Counted from the stretch's first letter, positions 1 to 11,106 are shown. The stretch is 64,000 bases of DNA from an uncultured Eubacteriales bacterium (GCA_905203305.1 CAJKVH010000001.1:150978-214977), one strand, 5' to 3'. Notes: generated by a model from the sequence alone, not told the origin. Program-made: numbers and translations.

Positions 1-388
1 CAACTCTTGCTTCTGGGATTTCATCTAAAATTACTTCATCTAATGTTTTTGCTGTTTCCTTTTCTATTCCTTTTGAACATACAACTATTGGTTGATTTTT
101 TACATCTACATATTTCTTATATTGTTTTACTGTATCTCTTGTAAACTTTGATGGTGTAACTTGTAAAATTAGTTCTGCTCCCTTTAATGCTTCTTCATAA
201 GATGTTAGACATTCTATGTTTTCTGGAATAACTACATTTGGCAAGAATTTACATTTTTTCTCATTATTTATTAAGTCTGCCTCTTCTTTTGCAAATGACC
301 ATATTTTTACTTTATTTCCATTTTTTGCAAGATGTATTGCTAAAGCTACTCCCCAGCTACCGCTTCCTATTATTGTGATATTTTTCAT
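1..388 (-). CDS. gpsA: NAD(P)H-dependent glycerol-3-phosphate dehydrogenase, N-terminal part (3' end runs off the window start)
   Basis: Not in the ORF track (edge). Minus-strand translation from ATG at 388 gives MKNITIIGSGSWGVALAIHLAKNGNKVKIW... with a Rossmann GxGxxG. It lies directly downstream of plsY. Confidence 0.85.
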   Translation of the reverse strand, partial: MKNITIIGSGSWGVALAIHLAKNGNKVKIWSFAKEEADLINNEKKCKFLPNVVIPENIECLTSYEEALKGAELILQVTPSKFTRDTVKQYKKYVDVKNQPIVVCSKGIEKETAKTLDEVILDEIPEARV

Positions 389-437
389 TTTTATTCTCCT
401 TTTCATTGGCTCTAAATATAATTTATTTAAAAAATTA

Positions 438-1079
438 TTAATTATTCGTGTTTTTAAAACTTAATTTATTTTCTGTTCCACTTGCAATTCTTTTAATGTT
501 TTCTCTGTGGTTAAATATAACAATTGCAGCTAAAATAACACTAAATATAAAATATTTAATTCCACTTGCTTCAACAATAAAGTTTGTACTAATAAATAAA
601 GTTAAAACTGGAAATAAAATTGCAGCTCCAATTGACCCCATTGAAACCATTCTACTAAATGCCATTATAGCAATTGCAAAAACTAAACATATTAGTCCAA
701 TTTTCCAATTTATCATCATTAAAACTCCAAGAGATGTTGCAACTCCTTTTCCTCCTTTAAATTCAAAGAAAATAGGAAAAGTATGACCAACTACAACTAA
801 AATTCCTGCAATTTGTACTAATGCTGCTCTATCTACATTTTTTACAATATTTCCTGCAATTACTGCTATTAAAATTGCAACTACCCCTTTTAATATATCA
901 CATAAAAGTGTAATTGCTGCTGCTTTTTTTCCAACAGAACGAAGCATGTTAGTAGTTCCTGCATTTCCGCTTCCCTTTTCTCTAACATCAAATCCTGCCA
1001 TTTTTTTACTTATTAAAACTGAAAAATTTATGCTTCCTATTGCATAAGCTATTATTGCTATTATTATATATGTTGCCAT
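438..1079 (-). CDS. plsY: Glycerol-3-phosphate acyltransferase PlsY
   Basis: 213 aa polytopic protein with the PlsY-typical GSGNAGTTN motif. AGGAGG RBS upstream of the ATG. Confidence 0.92.
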   Translation of the reverse strand: MATYIIIAIIAYAIGSINFSVLISKKMAGFDVREKGSGNAGTTNMLRSVGKKAAAITLLCDILKGVVAILIAVIAGNIVKNVDRAALVQIAGILVVVGHTFPIFFEFKGGKGVATSLGVLMMINWKIGLICLVFAIAIMAFSRMVSMGSIGAAILFPVLTLFISTNFIVEASGIKYFIFSVILAAIVIFNHRENIKRIASGTENKLSFKNTNN

Positions 1080-1194
1080 AATAATTCCTCCTTTACCTTT
1101 ATATTTGCCATTATATTATATCTTTATATAAATATCAATATAAATCTTAAATTTTCTTATACAATAAACCTTCATTTTTATCACTATTTTTCTC

Positions 1195-1223
1195 TTGACA
1201 TTCTAAGCTTTTTAGGATATCAT
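1195..1223 (+). promoter_or_regulatory. Putative sigmaA promoter of clpE (TTGACA-17-TATCAT)
   Basis: TTGACA at 1195-1200, 17-nt spacer, TATCAT at 1218-1223. No GTCAAA-type CtsR box seen nearby. Confidence 0.4.
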
Positions 1224-1298
1224 ATAATTTGTGAAATTATATAAATCAAGCATGTTTCACAATAAAAAATCTAAAAAAGAAATGAGGAATTTTACAAT

Positions 1299-3644
1299 AT
1301 GATATGTTCAATGTGTAAAAAAAATCAAGCTTCTATTTTCTCTAGTAAAATCACACCTGATGGAAAAAGAGAAATGGAAGGTTTATGTATAAATTGTGCA
1401 AAAAAATTAGGAATAAATACAGATGAAATAATAAAAGCACAAAATCAAACAATTTTAAATCAGTCCGAACAGATGAACAAACAATTAGAAGGATTATTTA
1501 AAAATCTTTCTGACAATTTAGGTCCAATAGAAGGAATCGAATTTGGTGCAATTCCTGTAGAAGATTCTGAAAACAATCAAGAAGATGGAGAATCAAAAGT
1601 TTTCGCAGGTGCAATCCCTCTTGGATCTCTATTTGGAAATATATTCGGTCAAAATTCACAAAATCAAGCAGATCCTGCTAAAGCCGGAAACATAAAAAAG
1701 AAAGTAAAACCTGAAAAAAAGAAAAACAAGAAAAAAAGATTTTTGGATACCTATGGAACAAACCTTACATTTAAAGCCCAAAACAATGAATTAGATATGG
1801 TTATTGGTCGTGATAAAGAGCTTCAAAGAGTGATTCAAATTTTAAATAGACGTTCTAAAAATAACCCTTGCTTAATCGGTGAACCAGGTGTTGGTAAAAC
1901 TGCAATTGCAAATGCTTTAGCTCTAAAAATTGCATCAAAAAATGTACCTGCAAAATTATTAAACAAAGAAGTTTATTTATTAGATATGACTTCTGTTGTT
2001 GCAGGAACACAATTTAGAGGTCAATTTGAAGCAAGAATGAAAGGAATTATAGATGATTGTATTCAATATGGAAACATAATTCTTGTAATAGATGAAATTC
2101 ACTCTATAATAGGTGCTGGAGCTGGTGGCGAAGGAGATTCTGCAATGAATGCAGCAAATATTTTAAAACCTGCATTAGCAAATGGCCAAATTCAACTTAT
2201 TGGTACAACTACAATAAAAGAATACCGTAAATATATAGAAAAAGATACTGCCCTAGAGCGTAGATTCCAACAAGTTTTAATTGAAGAACCAACAATATCT
2301 GACTCAATTGGAATATTAGATGGAATCAAAAAATATTATGAAGACTATCACAAAGTAAAAATCTCAACTGATGTAATAAAACAAACTGTAATAATGTCTG
2401 AAAAATACATTCATGACAGATTTTTACCAGACAAAGCTATAGACATTTTAGATGAAGCATGTTCTAGAATAAATCTTGAAAACAAAGATTTATATAAACT
2501 AGAAGTACTTCGCAGTCAATTAAAAGAAGTTCAAGAACAAAAAGATGATGCAGTTACAACAGATTCAACAGAAGATTATCAAAAAGCTGCTAATTTAAAA
2601 ACTGAAGAATGTAGATTAATGGAAGAAATTGACAAAATTAATTCTAATATGGAAATCAAAAATCTTACAGTTCAAGATATTGCAAATGTTATTGAAAGCT
2701 GGACAAAAATTCCTGTAAGTAAAATAACAGAAGAAGAAACACAAAAGCTTTTAAACTTAGAAACAAATCTTCATAAAAAAATCATTGGTCAAGATGATGC
2801 CGTAAGTGCTGTTTCACGTGCTATACGTAGAAATAGAGCCGGACTAAAATCAACAAAACGTCCACCATCATTTATATTTGTCGGACCTACTGGTGTTGGT
2901 AAAACTGCTCTTGCAAAAGCTTTAAGTTATGAAATGTTTGGATCTGAGGATTCTATAATAAGAATTGATATGTCTGAATATATGGAAAGTAACTCAACAG
3001 CAAAATTAATCGGAGCTCCTCCAGGATATGTTGGATATGATGATGCTGGTCAATTAACAGACAAAGTAAAACGTCATCCATATTCTATAATATTATTAGA
3101 TGAAATAGAAAAAGCTCATCCAGATGTATTTAATATACTTCTTCAAGTACTTGATGATGGAAGATTAACAGATTCTCAAGGAAATACAGTAAGTTTCGAA
3201 AATACTATAATTATAATGACTTCAAATGCTGGATCTAATTTAAATAACAACTCTATCGGTTTTGGAAAATCAGAAGTTGATAAATATAAAATCGAAGAAA
3301 GATTAAAAGAAGTATTTAGACCAGAATTTTTAAATAGAGTAGATGAAATTGTTGCATTTAGCAATTTAACTAACGAACAATTAATAGACATTATTGACTT
3401 AATGTTAAAAGATACATCTTCTGCCTTAGCTGATAAAAATATAACTATGGAAATTTCAAAAGAAGCAAAAGACTTCTTACTTGAAAAAGGAACAAATCTA
3501 AAATTTGGTGCAAGACCACTTCGCAGAGCTATTCAAAGATATGTAGAAGATGAAATTTCAGAAAGAATTTTAAAAAATGAAATTAAAGATGGAGATAATA
3601 TAAAAATTACTCGTTCAAATGATGAATTAATTTTTGAAAACTAA
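1299..3644 (+). CDS. clpE: ATP-dependent Clp ATPase, ClpE type (N-terminal zinc ribbon plus two AAA+ modules)
   Basis: N-terminal CxxC...CxxC (MICSMCKK...GLCINCAKKLGI). Two Walker A sites ([16 protein letters not shown]). No Clp_N repeats. Confidence 0.85.
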   Translation: MICSMCKKNQASIFSSKITPDGKREMEGLCINCAKKLGINTDEIIKAQNQTILNQSEQMNKQLEGLFKNLSDNLGPIEGIEFGAIPVEDSENNQEDGESKVFAGAIPLGSLFGNIFGQNSQNQADPAKAGNIKKKVKPEKKKNKKKRFLDTYGTNLTFKAQNNELDMVIGRDKELQRVIQILNRRSKNNPCLIGEPGVGKTAIANALALKIASKNVPAKLLNKEVYLLDMTSVVAGTQFRGQFEARMKGIIDDCIQYGNIILVIDEIHSIIGAGAGGEGDSAMNAANILKPALANGQIQLIGTTTIKEYRKYIEKDTALERRFQQVLIEEPTISDSIGILDGIKKYYEDYHKVKISTDVIKQTVIMSEKYIHDRFLPDKAIDILDEACSRINLENKDLYKLEVLRSQLKEVQEQKDDAVTTDSTEDYQKAANLKTEECRLMEEIDKINSNMEIKNLTVQDIANVIESWTKIPVSKITEEETQKLLNLETNLHKKIIGQDDAVSAVSRAIRRNRAGLKSTKRPPSFIFVGPTGVGKTALAKALSYEMFGSEDSIIRIDMSEYMESNSTAKLIGAPPGYVGYDDAGQLTDKVKRHPYSIILLDEIEKAHPDVFNILLQVLDDGRLTDSQGNTVSFENTIIIMTSNAGSNLNNNSIGFGKSEVDKYKIEERLKEVFRPEFLNRVDEIVAFSNLTNEQLIDIIDLMLKDTSSALADKNITMEISKEAKDFLLEKGTNLKFGARPLRRAIQRYVEDEISERILKNEIKDGDNIKITRSNDELIFEN

Positions 3645-3647
3645 TTT

Positions 3648-3703
3648 CCCATTTGGGGACGGAGATTTTAGGGGAATTCCCCCAAAAATCTCCGTCCCCA
3701 AAT
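3648..3703. repeat. GC-rich palindromic intergenic repeat, copy A
   Basis: cccatttggggacggagattttaggggaattcccccaaaaatctccgtccccaaat, between convergent clpE and ORF 3709-4137. Near-perfect inverted arms around a central GAATTC. Confidence 0.9.
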
Positions 3704-3708
3704 ATCTT

Positions 3709-4137
3709 TTATTCAAAATCTTCTAATAGCTGATTTAAATTTTTTGCTCCTATTACTTCTATACCATTTTTTAATTCATTTATATCATCATCTCCTAAAT
3801 ATTTTGTACTAATATCTGTTACTCTATATAGCACTTCTTCCCCATTTTCATTTATATAATATATCTTTATAATTTCATTTTCACTTTTCAAAATATAATG
3901 TTTATTCTCATCACTTAAATCTCCACTTGTTTCTTCTATCTCGTTTTGAACATTTTTGCTATAATCTTCCCATTCATTTACACAATCATCTAAAACATAT
4001 CTGCTAGATAATTCTGTTTCATTCTTCACAATATCATTTTCGTCATTTATTTTTCTGTTTTGAAATAAATTAAAAATTTCTATTCCTGCAACTAAAACAA
4101 TAACTATACCTATTGATAATAAAATCTTTCTTAGCAT
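3709..4137 (-). CDS. Hypothetical membrane-anchored protein
   Basis: One N-terminal TM segment then an acidic soluble domain. The ATG at 4137 (MLRKILL...) has an AAGAGGTG RBS. The track start at 4146 is a GTG inside that RBS. Confidence 0.6.
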   Translation of the reverse strand: MLRKILLSIGIVIVLVAGIEIFNLFQNRKINDENDIVKNETELSSRYVLDDCVNEWEDYSKNVQNEIEETSGDLSDENKHYILKSENEIIKIYYINENGEEVLYRVTDISTKYLGDDDINELKNGIEVIGAKNLNQLLEDFE

Positions 4138-4168
4138 AAAATACACCTCTTTACATATTTTGGCATAT

Positions 4169-6655
4169 TTACTTAATTTTATTCATTTGATTTATATAAA
4201 AATTTTCTCCATTACTTTTTATAGTAATTTCTCCCATAGTATCTGTCCTATAAACTTTTGCATTCACATTATTTAAATTTTCTAAAGTTACAGTTGATGG
4301 ATGGCCAAATTTATTATTTTTACCTACTCCAATTAAAGCTACTTTAGGTTTTATAAGCTCTAATATTTCTTTTTTAGAAGAGGTTTTTGATCCATGATGA
4401 GCAACTTTTAAACAATCTGCTTTTAATAGATATTCTTTATTCTTATATGTTTTTATAATTTCCTTTTCTGCTATCTCTTCAATATCTCCAGTAAATAACA
4501 TTGAAAATTTCTTATACTTAAGTTTACATACCATAGAATTATTATTAACAACATTTTCATTTATAAAATTTGCTGTTTTAGGCCACAAGATATCAAAATA
4601 TAAATTTTTTTCAATTTCTATTCTTTCTCCTGCTTGTACAACATTTAAATTTAAATTTTTAGTAAGCTTAATAAACTCCTCATAATTTTTATTTTTTTCA
4701 AATTGTTTTCCTATTACAATATTTTTAACTTTCATATTTTCCAATATATAGAATAATCCTTGAGCATGATCTAAATCTAAATGACTAAAAAATATGTAAT
4801 CTATAATATAAATCTTTCTGTCTAATAAATATGGCATAAGAGTATTTTTACCAACATTAAAATCTGAAAATTCACTTCCACCACCATCTATTAAAATTGT
4901 CTTGTTTTTAGGTGTTTTAATTACAGTACAATCGCCCTGCCCTACATCAACGAAGTAAACCTTTAAATTTTTAGGTATATAAAATATAATCGCCACAATT
5001 AATACTATTATACTTAAAATTGCTATAATTTTTTTACGTGATTTTTTTATTTTATATTTAATCAAACTCAAAATATTTATTATTCTTTCTTCAAACATAC
5101 TTGTTTTTCTCTTTAATTTGATTCCTAATATAAAGTTGAAATTAAAAACTAAAAGATAAAAAATTACAATACTAAAAATATTTGGTGTTATAAAATATAT
5201 TTGATTTAAAGGTAAATTTCCGCCAATTTTTGAAATAACTATTAATGCTTTAACAATTAGCATTAATATTCCTTCTATAATTTTTAAACTAAAACAAATA
5301 TAAATTAAACTTATAATAACTATTGACCCTACTAAAAAGCCTGAAATTATACTAATAATTATGCTTGTAATTGTAATATAATTAAATTTTAAAATTATTA
5401 TTGGAATAATCATAATTGTTGCAGATAGTGTTACAAAACACGCATCTGTAACTTTTTTTCCAAATTCAGAATTTAATAATTTTATTATTTTTTGAACAAA
5501 TTTATTTTGTTTTCTATTTGCTCTAATATTTTTTCTTTCTAGAAAATCAGAAAGATATTTTCTCATATTTTTTGAAAACATAACTATTCCAATGGTTGCT
5601 CCAAATGATAATTCTAGCCCTATATCATTTATGGCAAATGGATTATTAAATAATATTATGATTAAAGCTATACTTAAAGATTCTAATATATCATTTTTTC
5701 TATAAATAAAATTAGACATAACAAATATAATCCCAGTAATCCCTGCCCTTACCACAGAAGGCGTAAATCCTGTAATAAACATATAAAATATAATTGCAAT
5801 ACATGTTATCGGCTTTGAATAATGTTTTCCAACTATTTTGTTAAATATAAAGTTTACCGCCAAAATAATATAGCCTACATGCATCCCAGATACTGCTAAA
5901 ATATGTGAGATATTGCTTTTTGAAAAATCTTCTTTTGTTTCTTCTTCTAAATTTTCTTTATCTCCTAGTAATATTCCTTCTATTAAAGCTTTTTCTTGAT
6001 CTTCAAGTTCCATTTTCTGTATCTTTTGCTTGATCTTTAAAGCAACTTTATTAGAATATTTTTTTATTATATTTCCCCTATTATTTTCTTTGATAATTAT
6101 CTTTTTTGCTTTAACTGTTCCATATATTTTTAAAGTTTTGTAATATTCAAATTTATCAAATCCTTTATAATTCGAACGCCTTTCAGGAAAACTATAAGTT
6201 CCACTAAAAGCTACTTCATCTCCATATTTTACTTTGTTTTCATTGGTATACACATATAAAAATGTGTTTTTATATTCTCTATTTGTTATTTTTACTTTTA
6301 TTTTATCTTTAAAAATCTCTTCTACTATTCCATTAAAACTACAATTTTTGGTATCTAAATTTTTGTATAAATTTTCATATCTGTCATTTTGAATTAAAAC
6401 AATTGTATTTGATATTATCGAAAAAAATATTATGATTATAATTACTTTTTTAGGAAATATGACCTTTATATATCTAAAATATCTTCTTGGTGAAAATAGT
6501 TTGAATTTTCTTTTATTGACTTTTGATCTTTTAAATATCAGACATATAGAAATAATAATATAAAAAGGGACTATACTGATTTTACAATATAGCCCCATTA
6601 TTATTCCTAAAATATATCCGATTAATGCTGTTAAAACTTTTCTGTTTTCTAGCAT
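4169..6655 (-). CDS. comEC: DNA internalization competence protein ComEC/Rec2 (with metallo-beta-lactamase domain)
   Basis: 828 aa polytopic protein with a C-terminal MBL motif (HLDLDHAQG) and the usual ComEC architecture. AGGAGG RBS. Confidence 0.9.
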   Translation of the reverse strand: MLENRKVLTALIGYILGIIMGLYCKISIVPFYIIISICLIFKRSKVNKRKFKLFSPRRYFRYIKVIFPKKVIIIIIFFSIISNTIVLIQNDRYENLYKNLDTKNCSFNGIVEEIFKDKIKVKITNREYKNTFLYVYTNENKVKYGDEVAFSGTYSFPERRSNYKGFDKFEYYKTLKIYGTVKAKKIIIKENNRGNIIKKYSNKVALKIKQKIQKMELEDQEKALIEGILLGDKENLEEETKEDFSKSNISHILAVSGMHVGYIILAVNFIFNKIVGKHYSKPITCIAIIFYMFITGFTPSVVRAGITGIIFVMSNFIYRKNDILESLSIALIIILFNNPFAINDIGLELSFGATIGIVMFSKNMRKYLSDFLERKNIRANRKQNKFVQKIIKLLNSEFGKKVTDACFVTLSATIMIIPIIILKFNYITITSIIISIISGFLVGSIVIISLIYICFSLKIIEGILMLIVKALIVISKIGGNLPLNQIYFITPNIFSIVIFYLLVFNFNFILGIKLKRKTSMFEERIINILSLIKYKIKKSRKKIIAILSIIVLIVAIIFYIPKNLKVYFVDVGQGDCTVIKTPKNKTILIDGGGSEFSDFNVGKNTLMPYLLDRKIYIIDYIFFSHLDLDHAQGLFYILENMKVKNIVIGKQFEKNKNYEEFIKLTKNLNLNVVQAGERIEIEKNLYFDILWPKTANFINENVVNNNSMVCKLKYKKFSMLFTGDIEEIAEKEIIKTYKNKEYLLKADCLKVAHHGSKTSSKKEILELIKPKVALIGVGKNNKFGHPSTVTLENLNNVNAKVYRTDTMGEITIKSNGENFYINQMNKIK

Positions 6656-6663
6656 AATCCTCC

Positions 6664-8094
6664 TTAATTAGCAACTCTTCTTGCTGTTACAAACCTTGGT
6701 GCATAATAACTATCTGATAAAGATGTTGTTATTACACCTGTTTTAGAATTACCTGCATGTATGAATGTATTACCACCAATATATATTCCTACATGACCTA
6801 TAGATGTATTTGCTCTATTATTAAATAATACTAAATCTCCTGGTTGTAAATTTGATTTTGATACTGCTGTACCATTTGATGCTTGTGCTCCTGATGATCT
6901 ATTTATACTTATTCCACATTGTTTATATACATATGATGTAAATCCTGAACAGTCAAATCCTGTAGATGGAGATGAGCCACCAGCTACATATCTACAACCT
7001 AAATATTGTTTTGCACACGCAACAATTCCACTTCCTGATGAGCTTGAGCTAGAGCTTGTAGATTGTGTAGATGCTGTACTTTCAGTTTTGTTTGCTGTAT
7101 TTTTTTCGCTACTTGTATTTTTGCTTCCTCTTTTTGTTTCTTCACTTCTTGATGTTACATCTACTTTTTTATCTGATAAGTATTTACTTGCTACATATCC
7201 TGTTTTTCCATTTACTTTTATTTTTGACCAAGTTCCTTCTGTTCCTATAACTCTTACTTTGGTATTTATTTTTAATTGACTTACTAATTTTGCGTTATTA
7301 TCAGCTGTTTCACGCATATTTAATGTTTCTGTTGATACATATTTTGTAACATCTGTTTCTGTTGTTTCTGTCTTCTTTTCTTCTGACTTATTTTCTTCTT
7401 TATTTTCGTTTTGGTTTTCTTCTTTTTTATCTGCGTCTGATGTTTGTTCTTGTTTTTCTTCTTGTTTTACTTCTTCTTTTTTCTCTTCTTCTACTTTTAT
7501 TTTGCTTGTTAATATCCATCCTGCTTTATTATCTGCTTCTACATAACTCCATTTGTTAATAGCGTCTTTTACTGTTATTTGTGTATTTTCATCAAGTGAA
7601 TGGATATTAGTTGATGTTATTGATGGTACTATTTTTAAATCTATTTTTGATGATATTTTTCCAGTATAACCTGTTGTTATTTCTGTTTTTTGCTCTTCAT
7701 TTGATGCATCTTTGTTATCTTCTACTTTATTTTCTTCGTTTGAAGTTGTTTGATTATTTTCCCCTAGCTTATTTTCTTCTGATGCTGTGTTTTCTGCCTC
7801 TTTGTTTTCTTCTTCCTTTTTAGTTTCTACCTTTTCATCTACAGATACCATATCTTTTCTTACATATCCAGTATCGTCTTTATATTTTACTTTGTACCAT
7901 TCTCCATCTTCTGATATGATTTCTAGATCTTCATTTATTGATATTAATGTTACTATACTAGATTCTGTTGAGGCTTCTTTTCTCATCCTTACTGTTTCTT
8001 GATTTACTTTTCCTGCTACTGCATATGCTTTTGTAGTTGACGCAATTATTATAAAAAATAGCATAATCAGCGCATATTTCATTCTTTTTTTCAT
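6664..8094 (-). CDS. Secreted cell-wall hydrolase: SH3b repeats, E/K-rich linkers, C-terminal NlpC/P60 (C40) peptidase
   Basis: Signal peptide MKKRMKYALIMLFF, several SH3b-like units, C-terminal FDCSGF...H motif. The ATG at 8094 has a GGAG RBS and lies downstream of the predicted promoter. The track start at 8139 lies upstream of the -10. Confidence 0.85.
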   Translation of the reverse strand: MKKRMKYALIMLFFIIIASTTKAYAVAGKVNQETVRMRKEASTESSIVTLISINEDLEIISEDGEWYKVKYKDDTGYVRKDMVSVDEKVETKKEEENKEAENTASEENKLGENNQTTSNEENKVEDNKDASNEEQKTEITTGYTGKISSKIDLKIVPSITSTNIHSLDENTQITVKDAINKWSYVEADNKAGWILTSKIKVEEEKKEEVKQEEKQEQTSDADKKEENQNENKEENKSEEKKTETTETDVTKYVSTETLNMRETADNNAKLVSQLKINTKVRVIGTEGTWSKIKVNGKTGYVASKYLSDKKVDVTSRSEETKRGSKNTSSEKNTANKTESTASTQSTSSSSSSSGSGIVACAKQYLGCRYVAGGSSPSTGFDCSGFTSYVYKQCGISINRSSGAQASNGTAVSKSNLQPGDLVLFNNRANTSIGHVGIYIGGNTFIHAGNSKTGVITTSLSDSYYAPRFVTARRVAN

Positions 8095-8130
8095 AATTTT
8101 CTCCTGTTCTGTTTTTTTTTGACAAAAGCT

Positions 8131-8159
8131 AGTATACACTTTTTCACAGAAATTGTCAA
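8131..8159 (-). promoter_or_regulatory. Putative sigmaA promoter (TTGACA-17-TATACT) of the P60 gene
   Basis: Minus strand: TTGACA (8159-8154), 17-nt spacer, TATACT (8136-8131). Confidence 0.5.
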
Positions 8160-8304
8160 CTTTTTGTTATTTTTTATTTGTATAGTAGCTTTCCTTTATA
8201 ATTATATTCTTTATTTCAGCCTTTTTACACTGTTATATTTTTATTAGATTTGACACATAATAAATACACATACCAACATTTAGACAGGTATAGATTTCAA
8301 AAAT

Positions 8305-8345
8305 AGCAAAAAGACTAGGAATTAAACAGAGCCTAGTCTTTTATA
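8305..8345 (-). terminator. Rho-independent terminator after the P-type ATPase gene
   Basis: Stem aagactagg / cctagtctt (8311-8319 / 8332-8340), followed on the minus strand by a T-rich run. Confidence 0.6.
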
Positions 8346-8346
8346 T

Positions 8347-11079
8347 TTATTCTTCATCTTCAAAAGAATTAATTCTAAATAACTTAAATATCTCAACAAT
8401 AAAAATTGGAGAAATGACCAATAATAGCACTTCAACAATATTATCTACTGGAAGTATTGGAATGCTAAATATAGTCCTTAAAGCTGGTACAAATAAAATC
8501 ACAAGCATTAATAATGCTGAAAGAATTACAGCTCCGATAAGCTTCATATTATTAAATATACCTGTTTTAAATATTGATTTTCTGTTATCTCTAACATTAA
8601 ACACATGTGTAAGTTCTGATAAAGCTAAAACTATAAATGCCATAGTTTGTCCAACTTCTATTTTTGACTCATCAAGTGTTAATCCCTCAATTGCAGTATT
8701 TGTAGTTGCAAGACCTATCATAAATGCTGCTAATGTAAGGATTCCTATCATTACTCCTTGATAAATTATTCTATAAGTCATTGATTTTGTAAATATTCCT
8801 TTTCCTGTTTTTACAGGTCTTCTTTCCATTATATTTTTATTTGCTGGATCAAATGCTAATGCTAATGCTGGAAGTGAATCAGTTACTAAATTTATCCACA
8901 AAATGTGTATTGGCATTAATATTTCAAGATGTGCAATATCTGTAATTCCAAACCATTTTGCAAATAATCCAGTTCCTAACGTTGCTAAAAGTAAAACCAC
9001 TATTTCTCCGATATTGCTTGATAATAAAAATTGTATTACTTTTAGAATATTGTCATATATTCTTCTTCCTTCTTCAACTGCTGATACAACTGTTGCAAAG
9101 TTATCATCTGTTAATATTACATCTGCTGCTTCTTTTGCAACATCAGTTCCTACAATTCCCATTGCGCAACCTATATCTGCTTGTTTAAGTGCTGGGCTAT
9201 CATTTACACCATCGCCTGTCATAGCAACTGTTTCGCCTTGTTTTTGCCAAGCTTTTACTATACGAACTTTGTGTTCTGGTGCAACTCTTGCATATACACT
9301 ATATTTTTTTATATCTTTTTCTAATTGTTCATCAGAAATTTTATCAAGTTCTGTACCTGTAATTGCTTCATCTTCATTTTCTAATATTCCTAATTTTTTA
9401 GCTATTGCTGTTGCTGTAATTTTATGATCTCCTGTAATCATTACTGTTTTTATTCCCGCTGACTTACATTTTTCTACTGCCAATTTTGCTTCTTCTCTTG
9501 GAGGATCAATCATTCCATACATTCCAACAAATATTAAATCTTTTTCTAAATCTTCTATGCTTGGTTTATGGTCTAATTCTTTATAAGCAAATCCTAAAAC
9601 TCTTAAAGCATCTTTAGCCATTTTTTCATTTACATCTGAAATTCTGTATTTATACTCATCTAAATCGTATTTTTGCTCCCCGTTTTGAATGTATGATGTT
9701 GAAATTGAAAGTAATTCATCAATTCCACCTTTTGTAAATACAATATACTTACCATTTACATTATTTACAGTTGTCATTAATTTTCTATCAGAATCAAATG
9801 GAATTTCATCAACTCTTGGCATTTTTTCATAAATATTTTTAGTAAATCCTAATTTAAATGCAATATCAACTAAAGCTGTTTCTGTAGGATCTCCTGAAAG
9901 TTCTCCATCTTCTGAAATTTTTGTATCATTACATAACATTCCATTATATACAAGTAATTTTATTTCTTGGTTTGCATTTTCATATTTAGTTATATCATCA
10001 ATGTTTGACATATCATATACATTATCATTCACAAACATTTTTTGAACTGTCATTTTATTTTGTGTTAAAGTTCCAGTTTTATCTGAACAAATAACAGAGC
10101 TACTTCCTAATGTTTCTACAGCTGGTAAATGTTTTACAATTGCATTTTTCTTAACCATCTTTTGAACACCAATTGCTAAAACAATTGTAGATACTGCAGC
10201 TAATCCTTCTGGAATTGCTGCAACCGCTAAACTTACTGCTGTCATAAACATTGATAATGCTGGTTTTCCTTGTATAAGACCTGCTGCAAATATTACAACA
10301 CATATAACTAGAGCTGCTATTCCTAAAGTCTTACCTAAATTATTTAATTTTGCTTGAAGTGGTGTTTCTTTTTCTTCTTGGTTTGATAACATTCCTGCAA
10401 TCTTTCCTACCTCTGTATTCATTGCTGTTTCAACTACAATTGCCTTTCCTCTACCATATGTTATTAAACTTGATGAAAATAACATATTTGTTCTATCCCC
10501 AATAGGTACTTCTTCATTTTCTATCTTGCTTGCCTGTTTTTCTACTGGAACAGATTCGCCTGTTAATGAAGCTTCTTGTGCTTTTAGATTAACAGCTTCT
10601 ATTATTCTTAAATCTGCTGGAATATAATCTCCTGTTTCTAAAACAACAATGTCTCCTGGTACTAAATCTTTAGCTGGCACAACTTGCAAATTTCCATCTC
10701 TTATAACTTTAGCCTCATGTCCACTTAATTTTTGTAAAGCTTCCAAAGATTTTTCGGCTTTAGCCTCTTGTGCTACACCTATTATACTGTTTACAATTAC
10801 AACAATTAAAATTATTATAGAATCTGTTATTGCTTCTCCTTGAGCTATTGAAATTGCACCTGAAATTATTGCTGCAAATATAAGTATTATAATCATAAAA
10901 TCTTTAAATTGTTCTAAAAACTTAACAAATAAAGATTTTTTCTTTTTACCTTGTAATTCATTTAATCCATATTTTGCAAGATTTTTATTTATCTTTTCTT
11001 GTGTTAATCCATTTTTAACATCTGTTTCAAGTATTTCTTCTACTTCTGATACAGTTTTGTTATACCATTTACTTTCCAT
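8347..11079 (-). CDS. Calcium-translocating P-type ATPase (PMCA/SERCA-like, P2 type)
   Basis: 910 aa with DKTGTLT phosphorylation motif, TGES, GDGVNDSPALK and about 10 TM segments. GAAAGGAG RBS. Confidence 0.9.
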   Translation of the reverse strand: MESKWYNKTVSEVEEILETDVKNGLTQEKINKNLAKYGLNELQGKKKKSLFVKFLEQFKDFMIIILIFAAIISGAISIAQGEAITDSIIILIVVIVNSIIGVAQEAKAEKSLEALQKLSGHEAKVIRDGNLQVVPAKDLVPGDIVVLETGDYIPADLRIIEAVNLKAQEASLTGESVPVEKQASKIENEEVPIGDRTNMLFSSSLITYGRGKAIVVETAMNTEVGKIAGMLSNQEEKETPLQAKLNNLGKTLGIAALVICVVIFAAGLIQGKPALSMFMTAVSLAVAAIPEGLAAVSTIVLAIGVQKMVKKNAIVKHLPAVETLGSSSVICSDKTGTLTQNKMTVQKMFVNDNVYDMSNIDDITKYENANQEIKLLVYNGMLCNDTKISEDGELSGDPTETALVDIAFKLGFTKNIYEKMPRVDEIPFDSDRKLMTTVNNVNGKYIVFTKGGIDELLSISTSYIQNGEQKYDLDEYKYRISDVNEKMAKDALRVLGFAYKELDHKPSIEDLEKDLIFVGMYGMIDPPREEAKLAVEKCKSAGIKTVMITGDHKITATAIAKKLGILENEDEAITGTELDKISDEQLEKDIKKYSVYARVAPEHKVRIVKAWQKQGETVAMTGDGVNDSPALKQADIGCAMGIVGTDVAKEAADVILTDDNFATVVSAVEEGRRIYDNILKVIQFLLSSNIGEIVVLLLATLGTGLFAKWFGITDIAHLEILMPIHILWINLVTDSLPALALAFDPANKNIMERRPVKTGKGIFTKSMTYRIIYQGVMIGILTLAAFMIGLATTNTAIEGLTLDESKIEVGQTMAFIVLALSELTHVFNVRDNRKSIFKTGIFNNMKLIGAVILSALLMLVILFVPALRTIFSIPILPVDNIVEVLLLVISPIFIVEIFKLFRINSFEDEE

Positions 11080-11106
11080 ACTGACTCCTTTCGCTTTTCA
11101 TTTTTT

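Noticed and set aside
1080-1298. A CtsR operator upstream of clpE (clpE is CtsR-controlled in B. subtilis).
   Set aside because: No (A/G)GTCAAA heptad repeat is present on either strand in this 219-nt region. Only the ctsR operon promoter (61921-61937) has one.
1299-1420. The McsA-like zinc ribbon fused to a Clp ATPase, as a possible novel architecture.
   Set aside because: An N-terminal CxxC...CxxC zinc finger replacing Clp_N is the known hallmark of ClpE in Firmicutes.
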